Below the pieces are notes generated by a model. The model searched no databases, was not told the origin of the DNA, and saw only the letters and a list, made by a program, of their open reading frames with translations. From Rhodospirillaceae bacterium (lineage in GTDB: Bacteria > Pseudomonadota > Alphaproteobacteria > Thalassobaculales > Thalassobaculaceae), in NCBI GenBank assembly GCA_002709155.1, contig PAQA01000060.1, forward strand, positions 1-54,092: a stretch of 54,092 nt of DNA, in the 5' to 3' direction. This document shows, in pieces, positions 41,913-48,160 of this stretch (its first letter is position 1; every line of letters begins with the position of its first letter). Position numbers and translations under genes: made by a program.

Positions 41913-43586
41913 ATGACTGAGCAAAAGCAGATTGATCCCATAACCTTAACGGTTATTTGGAATACAATGCTGTCAATTGCTGATGAATTAGGAACGACCC
42001 TACGTCATACTGCGTTTTCTGAGGGGGTGCGTGAAGGCGACGATTTTTCGACTGCACTCTTTAATAGCGATGCCTTAATGGTAGCGCAGGGGAATTTTAG
42101 CCCCGGCCATCTTGGAGCAATGCCAACATGCGTAAAACACGCATTGAACTATTTCCCAGCTGAGTCGCTCAAACCCGGAGACTCAATTTTATTAAACGAC
42201 TCTTTTTTGGGTTCTGGCCATTTCCCTGACACCTTCCAAATAATGCCTGTATTTATTGAAACACGATTGGTCGGTTTTGTAGCTTGTTCTGCTCATCAGG
42301 TAGATATGGGCGGCGCAGCACCAGGTTCTCAAAAAGTGCATGGAGTCACAGAATCCTTCCAAGAAGGATTAAGACTATTACCGGTTCGCTTGGTTCGAGG
42401 TGGTGATATCGAAGAAGATATTATGCGCATAATTCTAGGAAACGTTCGAATGCCTGATAAAGTAAGAGGCGATTTACTAGCACAACATGCGGCCAATCTA
42501 ACTGCAGCTGAGAGGTTACAAGCATTATTTCGAGATTATGGGATCGATACAGTGGAGGCGGCTTATGAACTTATTTTGAACCGGTCAGAACAAGCCATGC
42601 GAGAGGCTTTATCAAAAGTACCAGCAGGAATTTACAGTTTCGAAGATTATTTAGATGACTATGGTCCAGGCACACAGCCCATTAAGATGGCAGTAGACAT
42701 AACCTTTAGTGGAGATGGAGACGTCGAATTAGATTTTTCTCGATCTTCTGACGCCGTTCCGGCCGCCATAAATTCTTATATAAATTATACAAAAGCGTAC
42801 GCCTTATTCGCCATCAAAGTTTTTTGCAACGCAACCCAACCACAGACAGAAGGGGCGATGCGGCCAATAACGATTAAGGCTCGAGAAGGTAGTTTTTTCA
42901 ATCCAAAATTTCCGGCACCCTCTGGCGGAAGGGCTATACTCCAAATACGTATTTTTGATACTATCAACGGAGCGATGGCAAAGGCATTGCCTCAAAAAGC
43001 TATGGGGGCGTTTTCTCATTGGTCAAATCCAAATATTGGTGGAATTGACGATAGAACGTCCAAACCTTTTGTTATGTATGATTTATCCTTGGCGGGCTAT
43101 GGGGGGCGCTATGGAGAGGACGGACCGGAAGCTCTCACCCCTGTTATGAATTGCACCAATATACCGGTTGAGGTTCATGAAACACATAATCCGATACGAA
43201 TAAAATGTTTAGAACTTCTTCCGGATACTGGTGGCGCTGGACAATGGAGAGGGGGTTGCGGACTGAAAAAAGAAATTGAAATACTCAACTCAACCGCAAC
43301 TCTTTCTCACTTGGCTGATAGACACAAGTTTCAACCATACGGCGTTTTTGGAGGGCAACCAGGCACTCTCGCAGGAACGTATCTTTTGAGAAAGAATGAA
43401 AAGAAAAGTTTAGCCTCAAAAGGCGTCGAAGAATTGCGTAAGGGCGATATATTAAGTTTTTTGCTTTCCGGCGCCGGCGGTTATGGGCCAGCTGAGCTCA
43501 GAAAAAAAGAGGCTATAGAAAAAGACATAGAAGATGGCTACGTAACTCTGCAAGGAGCAAAAAAGGATTATAACTGGACCCCTTAA
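41913..43586 (+). CDS. hyuB: Hydantoinase B/oxoprolinase-family subunit (pair 3)
   Basis: DPITLTVIWNTMLSIADELG, LNDSFLGSGHFPD and GAGGYGP motifs. The start is ATG at 41913, or TTG at 41907 overlapping the hyuA stop. Confidence 0.85.
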   Translation: MTEQKQIDPITLTVIWNTMLSIADELGTTLRHTAFSEGVREGDDFSTALFNSDALMVAQGNFSPGHLGAMPTCVKHALNYFPAESLKPGDSILLNDSFLGSGHFPDTFQIMPVFIETRLVGFVACSAHQVDMGGAAPGSQKVHGVTESFQEGLRLLPVRLVRGGDIEEDIMRIILGNVRMPDKVRGDLLAQHAANLTAAERLQALFRDYGIDTVEAAYELILNRSEQAMREALSKVPAGIYSFEDYLDDYGPGTQPIKMAVDITFSGDGDVELDFSRSSDAVPAAINSYINYTKAYALFAIKVFCNATQPQTEGAMRPITIKAREGSFFNPKFPAPSGGRAILQIRIFDTINGAMAKALPQKAMGAFSHWSNPNIGGIDDRTSKPFVMYDLSLAGYGGRYGEDGPEALTPVMNCTNIPVEVHETHNPIRIKCLELLPDTGGAGQWRGGCGLKKEIEILNSTATLSHLADRHKFQPYGVFGGQPGTLAGTYLLRKNEKKSLASKGVEELRKGDILSFLLSGAGGYGPAELRKKEAIEKDIEDGYVTLQGAKKDYNWTP

Positions 43587-43625
43587 ATTTTTATAAAATC
43601 TAAAAAAAGTCGGGCCACTGAAAAA

Positions 43626-43663
43626 CGCCTTGCCAAAACGGGCATTGCTCTGATAGATGAGAA
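43626..43663 (+). repeat. 38-nt block, copy A (33/38 identical to 46386-46423)
   Basis: CGCCTTGCCAAAACGGGCATTGCTCTGATAGATGAGAA versus GGCCTTGCCATGAGGGGCATTGCTCTGATAGACGAGAA. Contains TTGCCA-N17-ATAGAT, a weak promoter-like spacing. Confidence 0.7.
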
Positions 43664-43727
43664 TGGATAAAGAGAATGAGAGAAACAACAAAATTTGATG
43701 ACCTTCTAAATCATTGGTTTTTTTTCC

Positions 43728-43770
43728 GGAGGGGTGGCCGAGCGGCTGAAGGCGGCGGTTTGCTAAACCG
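43728..43770 (+). pseudogene. tRNA-Ser(GCU) 5' half (nt 1-43, ending at the 3' side of the anticodon stem)
   Basis: 43/43 identical to 46511-46553. The sequence diverges completely from 43771 on, and no variable or T arm follows. Confidence 0.9.
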
Positions 43771-43786
43771 ACACTAATTCAACAAA

Positions 43787-43798
43787 ATCAATGACTTA
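43787..43798. repeat. 12-bp inverted-repeat arm (ATCAATGACTTA), partner at 46489-46500
   Basis: Exact reverse complement of TAAGTCATTGAT at 46489-46500. Followed 3 nt later by GGTACGAA (43802-43809). Confidence 0.8.
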
Positions 43799-44084
43799 TA
43801 AGGTACGAAAAGCCCGTTTTGCTCATAGAGTATCAATAGGTTGCAAGCAAAAGGGACGAAAAATCATAACTAAATTTGAGTTTGCTGAATGAATTGAGAT
43901 CGAGCGATTATCGTTCTCTATTGTTCCATGAGTCAAAAAGACTAATTATTTGAATCTTAATTCTCTTGCATATCTATTATTCAATAAAAGTAACCTGTAA
44001 GTGCTAGAATCTGTTTTTGATGTCTACTTTTCAATAAATAGAGGTACTTTTCTAGATCCCCCTTCAATAGAAAATAAATTATTA

Positions 44085-45623
44085 TCATTCTTTTAATAAG
44101 ATTTCTGCAACTCCTATACCAGCCGCCTCGTAAGCATCATAAATTTCATTAGCACCAGACATTTTGAGCACTTCGGGATCTCCTTGTGATCTTGTTGGCA
44201 CAATTATTTTGCCTTGGAAACCATTCTTTCGAGCTCTTTGCGTTGACCAGTTTTGAGCATGAAATTCTGGTAAGGCTAATACAATGGTAGTTAATTTCCC
44301 AAATCGAAGCTGCGACCAAAAACCAGGGTCTTCAGCATCTGCAAAAGTCACTCTTTTGCCATCTTTAAGATGAGAAATAACAAGTTCTGTATCGGCATCA
44401 AACCCAACCACTTTGATATTATTCTTGATCAAGTTTTCGAATATTGCAGTCCCTACGCGCCCCATACCAAGAATCATTACCTGTGCTTCCCCGCAAGTAT
44501 GAGGTTCCTCATCTGGGTGATATGTCGATCGCTCCAACTTTATTAAGAATGGCTCTAATCGTGCATATATCTCGTGAACATATTTATTTAAAATAGATCC
44601 TAGAATGAAACTTAAACAGGTGGTGCAAATGATGACTGCTGAAATTTCGTCTTTTATTAAACCTGCCTTATTCCAGTGAGATACCACAATCAATGCGAAC
44701 TCTGAAAACGTGGATAAGGATATAGAAATTAAAAATGCCGTGTAAGCCCGTAACTTAAACGCAAGCAGAAGAAAAAATAAAATAATAGATTTAAATATTA
44801 AAAGGCTTAAGATTATGAGACTGTTTACCAAAATTTCGTAATTCAATTGAACCGTCATACCTAGCCCAAGGAAAAATGCTAGAAGCAAGAATTCCCTCAA
44901 GCTCCAAATTCGTTTTGCTAATCTATCTGCCGATTCATATCCGGATAATAGAACCCCCATCACTAGAGCTCCTATTTCAGCGCTTAGGCCCAACGAGCTA
45001 AAAAGGGTCATTCCTAAAACCACAGCAATTATTATAGCAGCGAGTAATTCTAACTCTTCATTATTATGAAGCGTTCGTAATAGACCCTTAATCAACGGTA
45101 TAGAAAAAGGCACCAGTAATAATACTGCAGATTCCACCATTAAATTATTTGGTTGACTATATAGTAACAACGCAAGGGCTAGAATATCCTGAAAGACTAA
45201 AATTATTACAGAAATTCTGCCATGAAATGTGCTTAACTCGCGCCTTGTTTCCAGTGCTTTAGAAGCCACGATTGTACTAGAAACACTAAGCGCGACACAA
45301 AGGCCTAATTTAATTTCAAGCCCAACATCTAGATGTAACAGGAAGTAAAAAAATAATGTGACGACGATACTATGAACAATAAAGACGAAGATAACATGTT
45401 TATTATAGAAATAGGATGGCTTAACCTTTAAACCAATAGAAAAAAGCAATAATCCTACACCGATCTCAGCGGGTAAGGTCAAATATTCTGTATTCTGAGA
45501 GAAATTCAGTAATGCTAAAACATAACCCGCAACAATGAACCCAGCCGACGTTGGAAGCGATAACAGCTTAAACGCATATCCACCGGCCAAAGCGCCAGTC
45601 ATCCAGATTAAAACAGTTTCCAT
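44085..45623 (-). CDS. Kef-type cation:proton antiporter with C-terminal RCK/TrkA-N domain
   Basis: 512 aa. About 12 TM helices of the Na+/H+ exchanger type, followed by the Rossmann motif VMILGMGRVGTAIFENL. Confidence 0.85.
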   Translation of the reverse strand: METVLIWMTGALAGGYAFKLLSLPTSAGFIVAGYVLALLNFSQNTEYLTLPAEIGVGLLLFSIGLKVKPSYFYNKHVIFVFIVHSIVVTLFFYFLLHLDVGLEIKLGLCVALSVSSTIVASKALETRRELSTFHGRISVIILVFQDILALALLLYSQPNNLMVESAVLLLVPFSIPLIKGLLRTLHNNEELELLAAIIIAVVLGMTLFSSLGLSAEIGALVMGVLLSGYESADRLAKRIWSLREFLLLAFFLGLGMTVQLNYEILVNSLIILSLLIFKSIILFFLLLAFKLRAYTAFLISISLSTFSEFALIVVSHWNKAGLIKDEISAVIICTTCLSFILGSILNKYVHEIYARLEPFLIKLERSTYHPDEEPHTCGEAQVMILGMGRVGTAIFENLIKNNIKVVGFDADTELVISHLKDGKRVTFADAEDPGFWSQLRFGKLTTIVLALPEFHAQNWSTQRARKNGFQGKIIVPTRSQGDPEVLKMSGANEIYDAYEAAGIGVAEILLKE

Positions 45624-45876
45624 TTATACCAAATAAATTTAACTCAGACTCTAGTATTGTGTCCCATGTGTTTTGGGCCGACGCCATAGCTCGGAGAAGA
45701 CTCATTGATTCACAAGTTCAACAAAGTGCGCCCCTTGGGTTTCAAACTCAAAAGATTATTTTAACACTATTGCTCTTCTAACATTCCCAGCAAATTTGGG
45801 AAATAGCGAACATGAAAGGAATTGCAGAGAAAAGGGCAATGATGATTTTATTTAGGATATCCATACTAATTATCCT

Positions 45877-46107
45877 TTAATAATACGGATGTCGCCACAT
45901 CCCTATCCAGCCAGTTTCGTATAAGCACATAGAAACTTCCCTTGTTTTTTTTAACGGAGTTATTATTTCTCTAATTTTTCCTGTAATGTAGATAATAATG
46001 TTGAATTGAAATTGTATTCCTTCTTTTTCAGCAGAACTAAGCGGATTATTTGCGTTTGAACTTTTCATTTGTTTTTGACTTTCATAGTAGGCATAAGCTC
46101 TGGTCAT
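45877..46107 (-). CDS. Hypothetical 76-aa ORF (possibly non-coding)
   Basis: Listed ORF only, with no recognisable motif. Lies in AT-rich hotspot DNA. Confidence 0.2.
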   Translation of the reverse strand: MTRAYAYYESQKQMKSSNANNPLSSAEKEGIQFQFNIIIYITGKIREIITPLKKTREVSMCLYETGWIGMWRHPYY

Positions 46108-46385
46108 AAACTTTTTAGCTAAATGTTTATTCGCAATTCACATGCCAGATTGATGCACATCAAATCCTAGTAAACACGGAGTTTTTGTTCGATACCTGCA
46201 ACTATTTGCTTAGAGAACAAGCAATATGAGTTACATTTGATTATTCATTAATCATGTTAGGTACAAACCAATTGGCAATCAAAAACAAGAATTGCCTTAC
46301 CACTCAAGATAATATTAATCGATGTTTTATCGTAATTAAATCAGCGAGGTGCCATTTTACTCTGGTCACTAGATCCATTTAAAAA

Positions 46386-46423
46386 GGCCTTGCCATGAGG
46401 GGCATTGCTCTGATAGACGAGAA
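46386..46423 (+). repeat. 38-nt block, copy B, upstream of the intact tRNA-Ser
   Basis: See copy A. Lies 87 nt upstream of the tRNA; copy A lies 64 nt upstream of the tRNA fragment. Confidence 0.7.
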
Positions 46424-46441
46424 CAAAGTATGAAAGTAAAA

Positions 46442-46471
46442 GGTACGAATGACGGTACGAAAAGGTACGAA
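46442..46471 (+). repeat. Three direct GGTACGAA repeats (iteron-like)
   Basis: GGTACGAA at 46442-46449, 46454-46461 and 46464-46471. A fourth copy lies at 43802-43809. Confidence 0.8.
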
Positions 46472-46488
46472 AAAAAACTAGCTACTGC

Positions 46489-46500
46489 TAAGTCATTGAT
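46489..46500. repeat. 12-bp inverted-repeat arm (TAAGTCATTGAT)
   Basis: Reverse complement of 43787-43798. Lies 10 nt upstream of the tRNA-Ser. Confidence 0.8.
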
Positions 46501-46510
46501 TTCATTAGCA

Positions 46511-46602
46511 GGAGGGGTGGCCGAGCGGCTGAAGGCGGCGGTTTGCTAAACCGTTATACTGGGAAACTGGTATCGAGGGTTCGAATCCCTTCCCCTCCGC
46601 CA
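46511..46602 (+). tRNA. tRNA-Ser (anticodon GCU), long variable arm, encoded CCA
   Basis: Hand-folded. Acceptor stem GGAGGGG/CCCCTCC, anticodon stem GCGGT/ACCGT with loop TTGCTAA, long variable arm, T arm GAGGG-TTCGAAT-CCCTT, discriminator G plus CCA. Confidence 0.9.
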
Positions 46603-46832
46603 ACTTAGCAAAAACCCCATATTGTCTAAAAATGTTTAATCGCAATAGAACTTGGCCAAAGGCAAGTAATCAAATGATGAATCGCTTAATCGCAAACGCT
46701 ATGAGCAAAGCTTGACCTCCTGCAGGGCGGACCTATTTATTAGGTAGGCAGGAGTATGTAGGGATCAACTGAGCAACGCCATTTCTTGGGGAACACGCTT
46801 CTGCTTTATTAAACGACACCATAGGAGTGACC

Positions 46833-46931
46833 ATGCAAGAGATACCAAACTTCCCCAAATGGATCGGATGGTACTATCTGGCAGGCTACGCATTGATCAT
46901 AGCAATCGTAGCAGCCCTCACTTATCTCTAA
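46833..46931 (+). CDS. Possible 32-aa single-TM peptide (MQEIPNFPKWIGWYYLAGYALIIAIVAALTYL)
   Basis: AGGAG lies 6 nt upstream of the ATG, and there is one clear hydrophobic helix. Below the ORF-track cutoff. Confidence 0.3.
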   Translation: MQEIPNFPKWIGWYYLAGYALIIAIVAALTYL

Positions 46932-47192
46932 AGAGTATCAAGGTTCTCTAGGCAAGTCTGATATGTTAGCCTCATGAAATGCAAACTATTAGAAGAAGAA
47001 AAAACACTCTACACCGCAAGCCATATTGAATGGTCTTGCGCTGTTCGCATTACCCATCACCTCCATACCTTATTTTCCTAAACCAATGACGTCAGCACAT
47101 GCAAACTATACCCCACTAGTTGTGATCTAGGCTGTAAGAGATACCGTAACAGTAGGGTAACAAAGACTTTGTACCTGCAGGTGGAGATCAAA

Positions 47193-47396
47193 ATGAACGA
47201 CATGAACCCAATTACCACTGAGTTGATGCTTAAAGAGTTGAAGAATATAGCGCGTCCGTCTTCAGCTGCCGAAGGAGATAACGGTGAAACAATAATTATT
47301 GAAGGGCGCTATGTTTCCGTTGACGGAAAAAATCAGGAGATTAAACCTGCTCCCGCTTTCAATGTCCCTAATTGGCTAGTGGGTCAATATGCCTAA
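47193..47396 (+). CDS. Hypothetical 67-aa protein
   Basis: Listed ORF opens at 47169. GGTGGAG lies just upstream of the ATG at 47193. No recognisable family. Confidence 0.35.
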   Translation: MNDMNPITTELMLKELKNIARPSSAAEGDNGETIIIEGRYVSVDGKNQEIKPAPAFNVPNWLVGQYA

Positions 47397-47739
47397 GCAA
47401 ATTCGTTATTTTATTTGCCCTGATTGGCGAGGTTGATGGAATTTTGTTTTACAAATTTGCTTACATTTTCATTAGTGATTCTTGCGCTTGTTACTTTCTG
47501 TTCAATCAAGCGGCGGTTAAAGCCATTGAAATCGAAACAACCTCTAAAGCGTCCAATGTACAAAGCACCATACCGTATGTAAGAGGTCTAAATTGACGCG
47601 TTTACATTTGATAATAAATAGTCATTCGCTACTATACTAGGTAGACGCAGGAATCAGCCAATCTATTCCCAGCATTTAATTGGACGAATGTTATTTTAGG
47701 TGTTATATATAGTAGAGTGAATTACGAGGACTTCTTACG

Positions 47740-47868
47740 ATGGATGCTGAAGATATTTGTTGCGCGCAGACTTGCTGTGCTGATGGCTGTTGTAGCGCAA
47801 ACTGCGCTGAAAATTGCAACGCCTCTTGTTGTGCTGATGGTTGTTGCGGTGACAACTGCGCTAATTAG
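47740..47868 (+). CDS. 42-aa cysteine-rich peptide (13 Cys): MDAEDICCAQTCCADGCCSANCAENCNASCCADGCCGDNCAN
   Basis: ATG at 47740 is preceded by GAGGA with a 9-nt spacer. Internal repeat CCADGCC(S/G)(A/D)NCA x2; three of the five differing codons between repeats are synonymous in this frame. Confidence 0.55.
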   Translation: MDAEDICCAQTCCADGCCSANCAENCNASCCADGCCGDNCAN

Positions 47869-48010
47869 CTTTCTAACTATTGATTTAGTAACTGCTCATC
47901 AAAACAAGCCATCATATGTTTAGACGTGATTGGTACAGTCTAGAAGCTTCGTCAAATATCTTTTTAAAATATTAGTAACTTACCAGTGTGTTGAGCGCCC
48001 GGTTTGGGGG

Positions 48011-48025
48011 CCTTCCCCTCCGCCA
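48011..48025 (+). repeat. Copy of the tRNA-Ser 3' end (att-like direct repeat)
   Basis: CCTTCCCCTCCGCCA is identical to 46588-46602. Diverged similarity continues about 40 nt into the downstream flank. Confidence 0.8.
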
Positions 48026-48160
48026 CTTCGCTAAAAATCCTATATTTTCTAGCATTTATTGACTTTAAATAAGAATATTTTTTAATGTTTTACTTGGCCT
48101 TGCTTTTAGTTAAAAATTATCTCTTATCTCATTTAAGAAATATTGGCCTGGCTCTTTTAA

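Noticed and set aside
43808-43840. Possible third, degenerate copy of the 38-nt tRNA-upstream block (..CCCGTTTTGCTCATAGAGTATCAATAGG..), with a 10-nt inverted match CAAAACGGGC/GCCCGTTTTG (43633-43642 / 43812-43821)
   Set aside because: The similarity is patchy and needs gaps. It could be real and would support serial rearrangement, but it is too weak to call without an alignment statistic.
45778-45864. 28-codon minus-strand ORF (MDILNKIIIALFSAIPFMFAISQICWEC) upstream of the Kef gene
   Set aside because: It is a plausible small membrane peptide with a weak AAGGA upstream. It is very short, lies in AT-rich DNA, and has no family I recognise. Evidence is insufficient.
46717-47181. Nested hairpin (CTCCTGC...ACCTA-TTTAT-TAGGT..GCAGGAG, 46717-46754) and two CCTGCAGG palindromes (46719-46726, 47174-47181) in the islet
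   Set aside because: The stems are short (7 + 5 bp). CCTGCAGG also occurs inside soxA (about 11386), so enrichment is weak. It may be a remnant att or regulatory structure, but this is not demonstrable from sequence alone.
47372-47596. Listed 74-aa plus-strand ORF, and a 50-codon minus-strand ORF (47411-47563, ..GRFRGCFDFNGFNRRLIEQKVTSARITNENVSKFVKQNSINLANQGK)
   Set aside because: Neither has a convincing start or SD. The minus-strand reading looks protein-like and could be the C-terminal remnant of a decayed island gene, but I cannot assign it to a family without a search. Not called as a feature.
47717-47923. Listed 68-aa hydrophobic ORF (MNYEDFLRWMLKIFVARRLAVLMAVV...)
   Set aside because: It has a GTG start without an SD. 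Its hydrophobic Leu/Val/Ala run is what the Cys-codon-rich (TGY GCN) sequence gives when read out of frame. Differences between the internal DNA repeats are non-synonymous in this frame but mostly synonymous in the overlapping 42-aa Cys-rich frame.
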